In this document: positions 21,217 through 31,774 of the stretch, piece by piece
Position numbering within the stretch: position 1 is the stretch's first letter
How the letters are laid out: the number at the start of each line of letters is the position of its first letter
NCBI GenBank assembly: GCA_963665275.2
Contig: CAXXIN010000018.1
Location: 192,001 to 256,000 of the forward strand
Reading direction: 5' to 3'
Source of the DNA: Negativicutes bacterium
GTDB taxonomy: Bacteria > Bacillota > Negativicutes > UBA1444
DNA: 64,000 nt
Position numbers and translations under genes: made by a program
The notes under the pieces: model-generated
What the model saw: the letters and a program-made list of their open reading frames with translations, nothing else
What the model was told of the DNA's origin: nothing
Database searches by the model: none

Positions 21217-21984
21217 ATGCTTTCATGTAATGCGCTCACGATCCGCTTCGGCGGGCTGGCGGCTATTGATAGTCTTGATTTTCAGATATCCCCTGGTGAA
21301 ATTCGCGGCCTCATTGGCCCGAATGGCTCCGGGAAAACTACATTGTTCAACTTGATCTCAGGGATCTACACACCAACATCTGGGTCCATTCTTTTTGAGG
21401 GAAAGCCTATTGCAGGTCATCGGACGGATGAAGTGACTCGTTCCGGTATCGCCCGCACTTTTCAAAACATACGTCTGTTTGGTGATATGACGGTCTGGGA
21501 GAATTTGCTGGTAGGTCGGCATTGCCGCCTGAAGCAGACGGTATTCGATGATCTGTTTTCCACGGCCACCAAACGGCGTGAGGAAGCTGCTGCTCGCGAA
21601 ATATTGGAGAGTCTGTTGCAACAGTTTAAAATGGAACGATTGCGTGACGAATTAGCGAAAAATTTGCCGTATGGCTTACAACGCGAACTTGAAATAATGC
21701 GCGCCATGGCTTCAGAGCCGCGGTTGTTACTGCTGGATGAACCGGCTGCCGGGATGAATCCGCAAGAAACCGCTCAATTGATGGTGCAAATCCAACGTCT
21801 GCGGGAACGAGGCTACACGGTTCTGGTCGTGGAGCATGATATGCGATTGGTCATGAATATCTGTGATCGCATCACTGTGCTGAATTATGGCAAAAAAATT
21901 GCCGAAGGGGCTCCGCGGGAGATTCAGAATCATCCTGAAGTAATCCGCGCTTATCTCGGAAAGCAGGTGAAGGACAGTGCTTAA
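21217..21984 (+). CDS. livG: branched-chain amino acid ABC ATPase
   Basis: GPNGSGKT, GIARTFQN, LPYG, LLDEPAAG, AYLG. Confidence 0.9.
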   Translation: MLSCNALTIRFGGLAAIDSLDFQISPGEIRGLIGPNGSGKTTLFNLISGIYTPTSGSILFEGKPIAGHRTDEVTRSGIARTFQNIRLFGDMTVWENLLVGRHCRLKQTVFDDLFSTATKRREEAAAREILESLLQQFKMERLRDELAKNLPYGLQRELEIMRAMASEPRLLLLDEPAAGMNPQETAQLMVQIQRLRERGYTVLVVEHDMRLVMNICDRITVLNYGKKIAEGAPREIQNHPEVIRAYLGKQVKDSA

Positions 21985-22681
21985 AGTTAGGAACTTGTCC
22001 GTCCATTATGGCAAAATTCGTGCCGTGCGGGACATTGACATGGATATTGAGCAGGGCGAGATTGTTTCCTTGATTGGAGCAAACGGGGCAGGAAAATCGA
22101 CTACCTTGCGCGCCTTGTCAGGGTTAACCAAACCGGCGGGCGGGACGATTGAATTCGAAGGAAAGCAAATTGCCGGCTGGAGCGCCAAGGCAATTGTGCA
22201 AGCCGGGCTCAGTCATTGTCCGGAAGGGCGGCAAATTTTCCCACGGATGACTGTCATGGAAAACTTGGAACTCGGCGCCTATATACGGAAAGATAAACAC
22301 AATCTGCAGAGCGAGTACGACCGAATATTCGAGTATTTTCCGGTATTGGCGGAACGACGCTCGCAGCTAGGCGGGACGCTATCCGGTGGGGAACAGCAGA
22401 TGCTGGCGATTGGGCGCGCCTTGATGTCCAAACCCAAACTACTGCTGCTGGACGAGCCGTCACTGGGATTGGCGCCACTGCTGGTGGAACGAATTTTTGA
22501 AATTATACAGAGTATCAACAGGGAAGGTATGACGGTTCTGTTGATCGAACAAAACGCTTGGCAGGCCCTGAATATAGCTCACCGGGGTTATGTGCTGGAA
22601 ACGGGATGCGTCTCGGTATCCGGTGCGGCAGCGGACTTGCTGCACAACGACCATGTTCGAAAAGCCTATCTGGGAGAATAA
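21977..22681 (+). CDS. livF: branched-chain amino acid ABC ATPase
   Basis: GANGAGKS, PEGRQIF, LSGGEQQM, DEPSLGLAP. Confidence 0.92.
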   Translation: MLKVRNLSVHYGKIRAVRDIDMDIEQGEIVSLIGANGAGKSTTLRALSGLTKPAGGTIEFEGKQIAGWSAKAIVQAGLSHCPEGRQIFPRMTVMENLELGAYIRKDKHNLQSEYDRIFEYFPVLAERRSQLGGTLSGGEQQMLAIGRALMSKPKLLLLDEPSLGLAPLLVERIFEIIQSINREGMTVLLIEQNAWQALNIAHRGYVLETGCVSVSGAAADLLHNDHVRKAYLGE

Positions 22682-22715
22682 AGTCTATTCATAAAACGAA
22701 AGGAATGATTTGTAC

Positions 22716-23894
22716 ATGCTAAAGAAGACCAAATCCCTATGTGCCCTTGCCTTGGCCGGCGTTATGCTGGCGACACTGGTTGCCGGTTGCGGGGGTTCGA
22801 AAGAACCTGCTAAACCTGCAGCCAAAGAACCGATCAAAATCGGGATCATCGGCCCCTACACCGGCCCGAATGCCAAACCGGGACAAAGCATGAAACAGGG
22901 AGTCAACCTGGCGGTTGAGGAAATCAACAAAGCGGGTGGTATCAAAGGTCGCCAGCTCGTTGCTATGTTTGAAGACGACGCTTCGGTTCCAGCCCAGTCG
23001 GTTTCTGCTACAGAGAAGCTCATCAATAAGGATGAGGTTTCGTTCCTGATCGGTACCTTCAACAGTGCTACGACGCTAGCCGACATGAAGATCATTGAAA
23101 GAGACAAGACACCGATGATGGTTCCTATCGCTGTTGCGATCGAAATTACCGAGTCGGGCAACAAATGGGTGTTCCGAAACTCAGCTACCAATCCTATGCA
23201 GGCGGAACAGTTGATGTCCTATATTTACAAAGAGACCAAACAACGCAAATTCGCTGTGATTCATGAAAATACTGATTACGGCAAGGGTCTGATGATCGCC
23301 GCCCAGAGCTATATCCAGAAAAATGGCGGCTCGATGATCGCCGAATCCTATTCGATCGGTGACACCGACTTTTATGCACAGCTGACCAAAATAAAGAATA
23401 ACGCACCGGAAGGGCTAATTATCTGTGGTAATTTGTCCGAAGGATCACAGATTACACGTCAGTTTAAAGAACTGGGCATCAAAGCCCAGCTTTATGGCTT
23501 CGGCGGATTGTCCTCCTTTGACTTCAACAATGTCGCTTCCGGCTCCAATGAAGGCTTGATTGCAACCAGTTATTTTGAAAATGCCTCCCCGAATCCTCTG
23601 GCGCAAAGCTTTATCAAAGCGTACAAAGCCAAGTTCAATGTAGATCCCGATATGTTCGCCGCAGCGATTTACGAATCCGTATATATCGCCAAAGATGCGA
23701 TCGAAAAAATGGGAGATACCAAGGATGTTGCCGGATTCCGGGTTGCATTGCGCGATCAGCTGGCAAAAACCAAAGATCTGGCCGGCGTTCAGGGTCCGAC
23801 AACTTTCGATGCAAAAGGTCAGGCTGATAAACAAGTTATGATCATTCAATGGAATAAAGGACAAAAAACCATCCTGTTCCCTAAAGCGAAATAA
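22716..23894 (+). CDS. branched-chain amino acid ABC substrate-binding lipoprotein
   Basis: lipobox VAGC, EINKAGGIKG, Leu/Ile/Val-binding protein pattern. Confidence 0.9.
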   Translation: MLKKTKSLCALALAGVMLATLVAGCGGSKEPAKPAAKEPIKIGIIGPYTGPNAKPGQSMKQGVNLAVEEINKAGGIKGRQLVAMFEDDASVPAQSVSATEKLINKDEVSFLIGTFNSATTLADMKIIERDKTPMMVPIAVAIEITESGNKWVFRNSATNPMQAEQLMSYIYKETKQRKFAVIHENTDYGKGLMIAAQSYIQKNGGSMIAESYSIGDTDFYAQLTKIKNNAPEGLIICGNLSEGSQITRQFKELGIKAQLYGFGGLSSFDFNNVASGSNEGLIATSYFENASPNPLAQSFIKAYKAKFNVDPDMFAAAIYESVYIAKDAIEKMGDTKDVAGFRVALRDQLAKTKDLAGVQGPTTFDAKGQADKQVMIIQWNKGQKTILFPKAK

Positions 23895-23957
23895 TACTGT
23901 CGTGTTGGGGGTTTGCAATAAAAAATTAAGTTTTTTATGCAAATCCCCAATTTTGTG

Positions 23958-23986
23958 TTGACAGGCTGTTTTTTGTCAGGTAAAAT
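23958..23986 (+). promoter_or_regulatory. sigma70 promoter of glnA
   Basis: TTGACA-N17-TAAAAT. Confidence 0.75.
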
Positions 23987-23999
23987 AAACTCAATTCAA

Positions 24000-24073
24000 G
24001 ACAACGATGAATCATGGCAATGAAGCCAGATTTGATGCAGGAGGTATCTCCTTTTCAAATTTGGCTTTTTTTT
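24000..24073 (+). promoter_or_regulatory. ANTAR-type dual-hairpin antitermination leader
   Basis: hexaloops C-AACGAT-G and GGC-AATGAA-GCC; the second overlaps terminator AAGCCAGATTTGA/TCAAATTTGGCTT plus T tract. Confidence 0.65.
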
Positions 24074-24114
24074 ACACCAACTACAAAAAGTATTAAGAAA
24101 GAGGAGTGTTGAAC

Positions 24115-26013
24115 ATGGCAAAAGAATTGCTCTATGTCATTCCAGCCAACAAATGCGACAAAAAAGAAATCATCCACATTCTGAAAATCCATCCGGAAAT
24201 CAAGTTTGTTTCCATGGTGGGTATTGATTTGGCAGGCAATGATACGGATGAAAAAATTCCCGTCCGAATTTTTCTCAAGGACATCGAAGATTTCTACAAC
24301 GGTCATGCGGTGCAGACCGATGGTTCTTCCGTGGTGCTTACCGGCATTGCAACTCTGAATAACGCGAAAGTCGACATGTATGTGGACGCGAGCGTCAATT
24401 GGTATATCGATTACAACTTTGAGTCCGAAGATGAAGAAACCGGCTTGCCTGTAGGTACGCTGCGGATTCCTTCCTTCCTCGTGCACAATGGTCTGCGCGT
24501 TGATTCCCGTTCGCTGTTGACACAGACCCTTGAATACGTTGGAGCCGAAATTAAAGCCCTGCTGAAAAAATCAGGTAAAGTCGCCGGGCTGGAACATTTG
24601 AAACCATCCGAGATCGATGAAGTTCTGTTCACGATTGGGACGGAACTCGAATTCTGGGTGAAATCACCGGCTGAAGATGCCCATGTGGACGAGCTTTCCT
24701 CCACGCAGGTCATGCAGGAAAACTATTGGCAGCGTACTCGCGGCCAAGCCCGGACAGCTTTGGAAGACGCCATGCTGATGCTTGAAGCCTACGGCCTGCA
24801 ACCCGAAATGGGACACAAAGAAGTGGGCGGCGTCAAAGCGAAAATCGGCGAAGCTGGCAGCCTGGACCATGTCATGGAACAGATGGAAATCGACTGGCGT
24901 TTTGCCCCGGCGGTTCAGGCCGTTGATAATGAACTGTTGGCTCGTATTCTGGTTAAAGAAGCTTTCCGCCTCAATGGGCTTGAAGTTTCGTTCCAAGCCA
25001 AACCTATTATTGGAGTTGCCGGCAACGGCGAGCATACCCATACAGGGATTGCAGTCAAACTGAAATCAGGCAAAATCGTTAACCTGTATGCCCCCAAAGA
25101 TATGAAGAAAGATTTCATGAGCTCCGTCGGTTATGGCGCGATCATGGGTCTGCTCAAAAACTACGAAGTCGTTAATCCTTTCGTATCGTCCACCAATGAT
25201 GCATTTAACCGCCTGAAACCAGGCTTTGAAGCTCCGGTCTGCATCGTGACTTCGCTCGGACATACTCCGGAAATTCCTTCCCGTAACCGTACAATTCTGG
25301 CTGGTTTGGTACGCGATATTGAAAATCCGTTGGCAACCCGTTTCGAAATCCGTGCCTTCAATCCACTCAGCAATTCCTATGCCGGCGTTTCAGCTGCTTA
25401 CTTGGCCATGTTGGACGGTATCAAAGCGGCAGTAACTTCTGGAAAAACCACAACGGAGTTGCTTGCTGAATTGTCCAAAGAGCCCGAAGCCGCAGGCTTC
25501 TATCTGGAAAAAGGCCGCGCCTATCGGAGCGAACATGACGTCTTCGACGACTATACTCCGGAACAACGCGACAAGATGTTCGGTAAACCGCCTGCGACTG
25601 TGTGGGAAAACATGGAAGCTCTCAAAAAATATCCGGAAAAACTTAAAGTTCTCAAAGCTGGCAATGTCATGCGTCAAGATTTGATCGATGCATTCGTTAA
25701 TGGCGCTTTGCTGCGATGGAAAGTCGAGCTTATCGAACGCATTATTCCCCAGTATCTCGAGACCGTACGGAGCGTAGCTTGTCTGCATTGCGAAGAAGAC
25801 CCCATCGATGATGCGGCTTGGGCAAAAATCGACGCGTTGCGGCTCTATCTGGCGAAGGATGGCATGGAAAAATCGCTGTTCTCCAAAGTGCGGGAAGCAC
25901 TGGGCGCTGGCAAGTATAAAGAAGCTTCTGCACTCCAACAGGAGATGACTGCCAAAATGGGCGAGCTGGAAAGCTCGTATGAAGAGTACAAGAGAAACCT
26001 GTTGGATATCTGA
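24115..26013 (+). CDS. glnA: glutamine synthetase (long clostridial ~630 aa form)
   Basis: TDGSS, ELEF, HKEVGG, KP..GVAGNGEHTH, RLKPGFEAP, RFEIR. Confidence 0.9.
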   Translation: MAKELLYVIPANKCDKKEIIHILKIHPEIKFVSMVGIDLAGNDTDEKIPVRIFLKDIEDFYNGHAVQTDGSSVVLTGIATLNNAKVDMYVDASVNWYIDYNFESEDEETGLPVGTLRIPSFLVHNGLRVDSRSLLTQTLEYVGAEIKALLKKSGKVAGLEHLKPSEIDEVLFTIGTELEFWVKSPAEDAHVDELSSTQVMQENYWQRTRGQARTALEDAMLMLEAYGLQPEMGHKEVGGVKAKIGEAGSLDHVMEQMEIDWRFAPAVQAVDNELLARILVKEAFRLNGLEVSFQAKPIIGVAGNGEHTHTGIAVKLKSGKIVNLYAPKDMKKDFMSSVGYGAIMGLLKNYEVVNPFVSSTNDAFNRLKPGFEAPVCIVTSLGHTPEIPSRNRTILAGLVRDIENPLATRFEIRAFNPLSNSYAGVSAAYLAMLDGIKAAVTSGKTTTELLAELSKEPEAAGFYLEKGRAYRSEHDVFDDYTPEQRDKMFGKPPATVWENMEALKKYPEKLKVLKAGNVMRQDLIDAFVNGALLRWKVELIERIIPQYLETVRSVACLHCEEDPIDDAAWAKIDALRLYLAKDGMEKSLFSKVREALGAGKYKEASALQQEMTAKMGELESSYEEYKRNLLDI

Positions 26014-26038
26014 TCCGTTTCTCTCGCGTATTCCCCTT

Positions 26039-26084
26039 CACAAAGCACAAAAGCGGCCGATTTCGGTCGCTTTTGTGCTTTGTG
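26039..26084. terminator. long hairpin after glnA
   Basis: CACAAAGCACAAAAGCGGCCGA-TT-TCGGTCGCTTTTGTGCTTTGTG (about 21 bp stem, one G-T). Confidence 0.7.
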
Positions 26085-26138
26085 GGCAAAAAGGAAACAG
26101 CAGGATATTCGGGCATGTTAAAGGAATAGATATAAACT

Positions 26139-27863
26139 ATGGTATTATGGGAATTTTTCAGGCGATATTGGCCGATCTATTTGTTGGGAATTGCGTTGCT
26201 GATTGTGACAGATCTTTTGTCACTGCTGATTCCACGTGCGGTGGGGCAGGCTGTAGACAGCATCGGAACCGGCGATGGCATGTTGACGACTGCGCTATGG
26301 ATCCTCGCGGGGGTTTCTATTTCTATGGCGGTACTGCGTTTTTTGTACCGGGAATGCATCATGGGCACGACGCGGCGTCTTGAATATTTCCTGAGGAACA
26401 AGATCTTTCACCATGCGTTGCATTTGCCGATGAGTGTGTATGATGAAGCCGGGCCGGGAAAAATCATGGCACTATCGGGCAATGATGTTACTTCGATTCG
26501 GGTGGCGGTAGGGCTTGGAATCATGTTGTTGGTGGATGCAGGTGTCATGGGCTTGGTTTCGTTCCTGGTAATGTTTCGCAGCATTGATCCGACACTGACT
26601 CTTTGGTCGGTCGCGCCGCTTCCCCTTGTTTTTATCGCGACTGCCGTTTTGGGTCGCATGGTTCACAACCGGTTCCGCATGGTTCAGGAGAAGTTCAGCG
26701 CACTTACGGAGTTTTCACAGGAACTTTTCGGCGGGGTAAAAGTCGTCAAGGCATTCGGCGCAGAAAAAACGATGACGGAACGCTTCGGGACTGTCAATCA
26801 GGAAAATATGGCAGCCAATATTTCACTTGCCCGTATTCAGGCCATTTACATACCTGCCACCCACGTTGCGCCGTTAATGTGCTATGCTGTGGCGCTGTGG
26901 CTGGGAGGAAACCTTATCATCGAAGGAAAGCTAAGCGTTGGTGGGTTGGCGGCCTTCACAGGATATTTGGGATTGATCATCTGGCCAGTTATGGGACTGG
27001 GTTATCTGATCAATACGGTGCAGCGGGGATCGGCTTCCCTGATTCGCATTAATGAGTTCCTATCGATTCAGCCTTATGAAATCACCACGGACATGAAGGT
27101 TGAAGAGCCACTTGCAGGTCCGTTGGGGGATATCGAGTTCCGTAACCTAACTTTTCAATATCCCTTATCGGCGGGTCCAAGCCTGAAAGATGTGTCGTTG
27201 CTGATTCCAGAAGGCTCGACGGTTGGCATCGTTGGCCGCACCGGATCAGGCAAGACCACACTTTTGAGGATTTTGTTACGCCTCTACCCGTTTGAGGACG
27301 GGAAGATCTTTATCGGTGGTGTGGATATCAACAGCATAGAGTTCGTGCACCTGCGATCGTTCATCGGCTATGTGCCCCAAGATGCGGCGCTGTTTTCTGC
27401 AACGATCGCTGAAAATATTGCTTTTGGGCAGCCCTACAATCGGAGTCAGGTGCAACAAGCAGCCCAGTCGGCAGTTGTGCGGGAAGACATCGACGCTAAA
27501 ACTGAAGGGTTTGGTGCGATGCTGGGTGAAAAGGGCGCCAAGCTTTCGGGCGGCCAGCGGCAAAGGGTCGCCGTCGCTCGGGCATTGATCCGGCAACCGT
27601 CCCTTTTGTTGCTTGATGATGTTTTTTCTGCTCTTGATTACAGAACGCAGGCAGAACTGGTCGAAAACCTTCGCGCGGTCGAAACGGGCCGGACGACATT
27701 GATTGTATCCCAACGCGTGGCTGCGGTAAAACATGCGAACTTCATTATTGTTATGGATGGCGGACGAATCGCAGAGCAGGGAACTCATGATGAATTAATC
27801 GCTGCCCGGCATCTTTATTATCGTTTATATGAGCAACAGCTGGCGGCGGGTGATCTCTCATGA
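26139..27863 (+). CDS. ABC exporter half-transporter (YheI/MdlA-like)
   Basis: TMD plus GRTGSGKT, LSGGQRQR, degenerate LLDD. Confidence 0.9.
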   Translation: MVLWEFFRRYWPIYLLGIALLIVTDLLSLLIPRAVGQAVDSIGTGDGMLTTALWILAGVSISMAVLRFLYRECIMGTTRRLEYFLRNKIFHHALHLPMSVYDEAGPGKIMALSGNDVTSIRVAVGLGIMLLVDAGVMGLVSFLVMFRSIDPTLTLWSVAPLPLVFIATAVLGRMVHNRFRMVQEKFSALTEFSQELFGGVKVVKAFGAEKTMTERFGTVNQENMAANISLARIQAIYIPATHVAPLMCYAVALWLGGNLIIEGKLSVGGLAAFTGYLGLIIWPVMGLGYLINTVQRGSASLIRINEFLSIQPYEITTDMKVEEPLAGPLGDIEFRNLTFQYPLSAGPSLKDVSLLIPEGSTVGIVGRTGSGKTTLLRILLRLYPFEDGKIFIGGVDINSIEFVHLRSFIGYVPQDAALFSATIAENIAFGQPYNRSQVQQAAQSAVVREDIDAKTEGFGAMLGEKGAKLSGGQRQRVAVARALIRQPSLLLLDDVFSALDYRTQAELVENLRAVETGRTTLIVSQRVAAVKHANFIIVMDGGRIAEQGTHDELIAARHLYYRLYEQQLAAGDLS

Positions 27864-29635
27864 GCTTGTATTATCGAGGGCGGGCGTATGAAGATCAGCA
27901 GAGCGCCAGGAACCTGCATGCTGACCGTAAATTGCTGCAAGCGCTGTGGAAATTGGCGTTGCCAGTGCGGCCATGGCTGGGTTGGGCCTTTGTTCTGATG
28001 TTGGCGGATACAGCGGCTGATCTCGCTCGTCCGTACATGATGAAACTAGCCATCGACCGTTACATTGCGGACAAAGATATACCCGGTCTTGAGAATCTGT
28101 TTTATGTTTATGTGGCAACCATTATCGCGAGCCTGGTGTTTGCCTACGCTGAAAATCTGTTTTTACAGCGTGCAGGGCAGCAGGTGATTCTAGCCGTGCG
28201 GGAAAAAGTGTTTCGACATATCCTCAATCAAGATGTGGAAAAACTGGAGTCGCAGCCGGTGGGCCGTTTGGTCACGCGCGTAACCAATGACACGGATGCT
28301 GTCAAAGACTTATATACTGAAGTGCTGGTGGCGTTCGCCAGTGATGCCGTTATGCTGATTGGAATTGTCGTAGCCATGTTGGCCATACAGTGGAAGCTGG
28401 CCTTGGTTTCGTTTGCCGTTCTGCCACTGATGATTTTGCTTGCAGGCGGCTACCAAAAGTTCGCGCGGCGTGCTTACCGGATCGTACGTGAAAAGACAGC
28501 CTTGCTGAATTCATTCATCCAGGAACGCCTGAACGGCATCGGAATCATCAAAGCCTTTGGCGCATTTGCCGGTACGGACCGGGATTTCCGTCAGGTGAAT
28601 GATGGGTATTTACAGGCTGGGCTTTCTGAGCTGCGGACGTTTGCCGCGTTTCGACCATTGGTAGACCTCATTTACATCGTCGCCGTGATCTTGGTGCTTC
28701 ATTTCGGCGGGATCCAATCGAGGGCGGGTGGGATCGAGATCGGAGTTATCATCGCGTTTCTTCGCTATATGGAGAAGTTTTTCTGGCCGATCAAGGATAT
28801 GGCGGAAAAGTATAACCTCCTGCAGTCGGCGTTGGCAGCTGCGGAACGTATTCAACCGATGTTGACTGAACCGGAACGAATTGCTGGAGTGGTGGCGCCT
28901 GATCACCCTTGCCCCGCTGCCCGTATTGATTTTGATGATGTTTGGTTCGCGTACGATCAGGACGAATGGGTACTGTCAGGCGTAAGTTGCACAGTGCCGG
29001 CTGGCAATTTTTTTGGCATTGTCGGTATGTCCGGATCCGGAAAAACCACCTTGCTCAATTTGTTGCTGCGTTTTTATGAACCCAACAGAGGCAGAATTTT
29101 ATTGGATGGGGTGGACATTCGAGAAATCCCGGTCGAACTGCTGCGGCACCGCATCAGCATCGTTTTTCAAGATGTTCACGTATTCAAAGGGACCGTGGCT
29201 GAGAATGTTTCTTTGTATAACCCTGCCATATCACCTGCACGTGTCCGGGAAGCGGCCAAGTTGGCCAACTTGGAGCAATTCATCAATAAATTGCCGCTGG
29301 GCTATGATACACAGGCCGGATATCTGGGTTCGACTCTCTCTGCCGGACAGCGACAGTTGCTGTCATTTGCCCGCGCTTTGGCCACACCGGCCGATGTGTT
29401 GGTGCTTGATGAAGCGACATCCAGTATCGACAGTTACACGGAGTCTCTCGTCCAGACCGCGCTGGAAAAAGCCGCCGCGCAACGCACCATGCTGGTGGTT
29501 GCCCATCGTTTGTCGACGGTAGTTAAGGCTGATTGCATTCTGTTGATGCATCGGGGACGAGTGGTTGAACAGGGAACTCATGCTGAACTCATGATCAAGG
29601 ATGGCCATTATGCCAGACTTTATAAAAGCCAGTGA
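27860..29635 (+). CDS. ABC exporter half-transporter (YheH/MdlB-like)
   Basis: TMD plus GMSGSGKT, LSAGQRQ, LDEATS, AHRLST. Confidence 0.9.
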   Translation: MSLYYRGRAYEDQQSARNLHADRKLLQALWKLALPVRPWLGWAFVLMLADTAADLARPYMMKLAIDRYIADKDIPGLENLFYVYVATIIASLVFAYAENLFLQRAGQQVILAVREKVFRHILNQDVEKLESQPVGRLVTRVTNDTDAVKDLYTEVLVAFASDAVMLIGIVVAMLAIQWKLALVSFAVLPLMILLAGGYQKFARRAYRIVREKTALLNSFIQERLNGIGIIKAFGAFAGTDRDFRQVNDGYLQAGLSELRTFAAFRPLVDLIYIVAVILVLHFGGIQSRAGGIEIGVIIAFLRYMEKFFWPIKDMAEKYNLLQSALAAAERIQPMLTEPERIAGVVAPDHPCPAARIDFDDVWFAYDQDEWVLSGVSCTVPAGNFFGIVGMSGSGKTTLLNLLLRFYEPNRGRILLDGVDIREIPVELLRHRISIVFQDVHVFKGTVAENVSLYNPAISPARVREAAKLANLEQFINKLPLGYDTQAGYLGSTLSAGQRQLLSFARALATPADVLVLDEATSSIDSYTESLVQTALEKAAAQRTMLVVAHRLSTVVKADCILLMHRGRVVEQGTHAELMIKDGHYARLYKSQ

Positions 29636-29740
29636 GATTTAGCAGGCGGGCAGGATGTTGATGGGGTCATCTAGAAGTAATAATACTTATATATGAATGA
29701 TATTCTTCCCGCGAATTCCTATGTATGAGGAGGCTGAATA

Positions 29741-29884
29741 ATGAGCACAATCTCCAGAAGTAAAGGGAAACGTTTGCACAACAGGGATGAAATCAACAAT
29801 CTCAACCGAAAAGCGCTTTATTTGGGAGTTGTGGCAGCTGGAGGAATCCTGCTACTGATGGCTATTTCGTTTTTTATGCCATAA
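29741..29884 (+). CDS. small membrane protein (47 aa), absent from the ORF track
   Basis: RBS GAGGAGG; MSTISRSKGKRLHNRDEINNLNRKALYLGVVAAGGILLLMAISFFMP. Confidence 0.7.
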   Translation: MSTISRSKGKRLHNRDEINNLNRKALYLGVVAAGGILLLMAISFFMP

Positions 29885-29923
29885 AATATAGGGCAGCCGG
29901 GCGGCTGCGGAAGGAGTTTTTTC

Positions 29924-31147
29924 ATGGATCGGGACTGGGTAGTGAATGTGTTGGGAAAAATATCGGGATTCAGCCGAGGTGACAACGGGATCACCAGGCT
30001 GGCTTTGTCGGAGGAGGACCTGCAAGCTAGAGGGTATGTGACCGGTTTGATGCAGGAACTTGGAATGAAAATCCGAGTGGATGCCATCGGCAATATCATT
30101 GGTCGGTTTGAGGGGACGGACCCGGAGGCGGCTCCGGTCATCGTCGGATCCCATCTGGACTCGGTTCCCGAAGGCGGTCGTTACGATGGTGTGTTGGGCG
30201 TAGTAGGAGGTTTGGCTGCGATCCGGCGGATCAAAGAAGTGGGAAAAACCAGACGCCCGCTGGAACTCATCATTTTCACAGCAGAGGAATCCAGTCGCTT
30301 TGGATTTGCTACGATGGGGAGCAAGGCGATGGCTGGAGTTGCGGATGTGAGATCTTGGGCCAAAGCCAAAGATCCTCAAGGCGTCAGCTTTTTGGAGGCT
30401 CTGAGTTTGGCCGGACTGTCGTCTGATAATATCGAAGCGGCATCTCGCGTGGGCGAGCCGATCCATGCCTTCGTGGAACTGCACATCGAACAAGGACCGA
30501 TTCTTGAAGATGAGGAGCTGGCGATCGGCGTGGTAGAAGCAATTGCCGCACCGACCCGCCTGAAGATCAAGGTGGAAGGAACGCCTGGACACTCCGGCAC
30601 TACCCCAATGGATTGTCGGGAAGATGCACTGGTCACGGCGGCGCAGATTGTTCTGGCTGTGCGGGAGGTGGCTCTATCCCGCTATGGCGATGGCACAGTA
30701 GGGACCGTTGGCAACCTCAAGGTACATCCAGGCGTGATGAACGTGATTCCCGGAATCGCTGAGATGTGGGTCGATATTCGCGGTGTGGACCATGAAAGTA
30801 TTGTGGAGACGTTGCAGGAACTGAAAGACGAGATCAGTATCATCGCTGAAGCTGAGGGCACCACGGTCTCGATTGAAGTTATGACTTCGGATAAGCCCGT
30901 GCGTCTGAATCCGATGGTCATTAATATGGTGGAAACCGCATGCAAGGACTTGAAAGTATCCTATAAGAGGATGAACAGCGGCGCAGGACATGACACCATG
31001 TACATGGCAGCGCTCGCACCCGCGGGGATGATCTTCATTCCCTGCGCCAACGGCATCAGCCATAATCCCGAGGAATCAGCTTCGCCGGCAGATATCATGA
31101 CGGGAATTGACGTACTGACAAGAACTCTGAGGGCACTGGCTGAATGA
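29924..31147 (+). CDS. M20 Zn amidohydrolase (allantoate / N-carbamoyl-amino acid hydrolase family)
   Basis: GSHLDSVPEGGRYDG, EESSRF, ELHIEQG, HSGTTPM, SGAGHD, SHNPEE. Confidence 0.92.
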   Translation: MDRDWVVNVLGKISGFSRGDNGITRLALSEEDLQARGYVTGLMQELGMKIRVDAIGNIIGRFEGTDPEAAPVIVGSHLDSVPEGGRYDGVLGVVGGLAAIRRIKEVGKTRRPLELIIFTAEESSRFGFATMGSKAMAGVADVRSWAKAKDPQGVSFLEALSLAGLSSDNIEAASRVGEPIHAFVELHIEQGPILEDEELAIGVVEAIAAPTRLKIKVEGTPGHSGTTPMDCREDALVTAAQIVLAVREVALSRYGDGTVGTVGNLKVHPGVMNVIPGIAEMWVDIRGVDHESIVETLQELKDEISIIAEAEGTTVSIEVMTSDKPVRLNPMVINMVETACKDLKVSYKRMNSGAGHDTMYMAALAPAGMIFIPCANGISHNPEESASPADIMTGIDVLTRTLRALAE

Positions 31148-31575
31148 CCGAGAAGAATTATGAGGGATTAAAAAAGTATTTTAACGAAGTTTATCACAGT
31201 AATCCTTTCGTCAATTTACTGGAAATCCAGCTTTCACATATTGAACCTGGATTCGCTGAGCTGCAAATGCCTGTGCATTCATCGAAGCACACCAATCTTT
31301 ACCACGTTGCACATGGCGGAGCGATGGCTTCTGTTGCGGATACCGCGATGGGTGTGGCCTGCGCGTCGCTCGGACGGCGCGTCGTGACACTGGAACTGAA
31401 CATGAACTTCATCAAGTCCGCTGAACCCGGTACACAGGTTCGTGCACTGGGACGCGTCATCCACAATGGACGCAGTACGCTGGTTGTTGAATGTGATGTG
31501 TTGGGAGAAGCCGATAGCGTGCTGCTCAAAGCACGTGGCACATTTTATGTTGTGGGGCAGTTCGATATTGCTTGA
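31144..31575 (+). CDS. PaaI family thioesterase
   Basis: N..HVAHGGAMASVADTAMG hotdog motif. Confidence 0.9.
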   Translation: MTEKNYEGLKKYFNEVYHSNPFVNLLEIQLSHIEPGFAELQMPVHSSKHTNLYHVAHGGAMASVADTAMGVACASLGRRVVTLELNMNFIKSAEPGTQVRALGRVIHNGRSTLVVECDVLGEADSVLLKARGTFYVVGQFDIA

Positions 31576-31774
31576 AATAAGATAAATAATTTTGCATTAA
31601 TGACCAGAATGCGTACACGGACTGAACAAGTTGACATGGATGAGCAATTGGATTTTTACCAAACATTCTGCGTGACCGTAAAAAACAATAGGGTTCAAAA
31701 AGAGGACAACCAATACCGCATAACGAATAATCTTGCTATGGTGAATAATCTGATTATAGTAAGGGGGATTTTGC

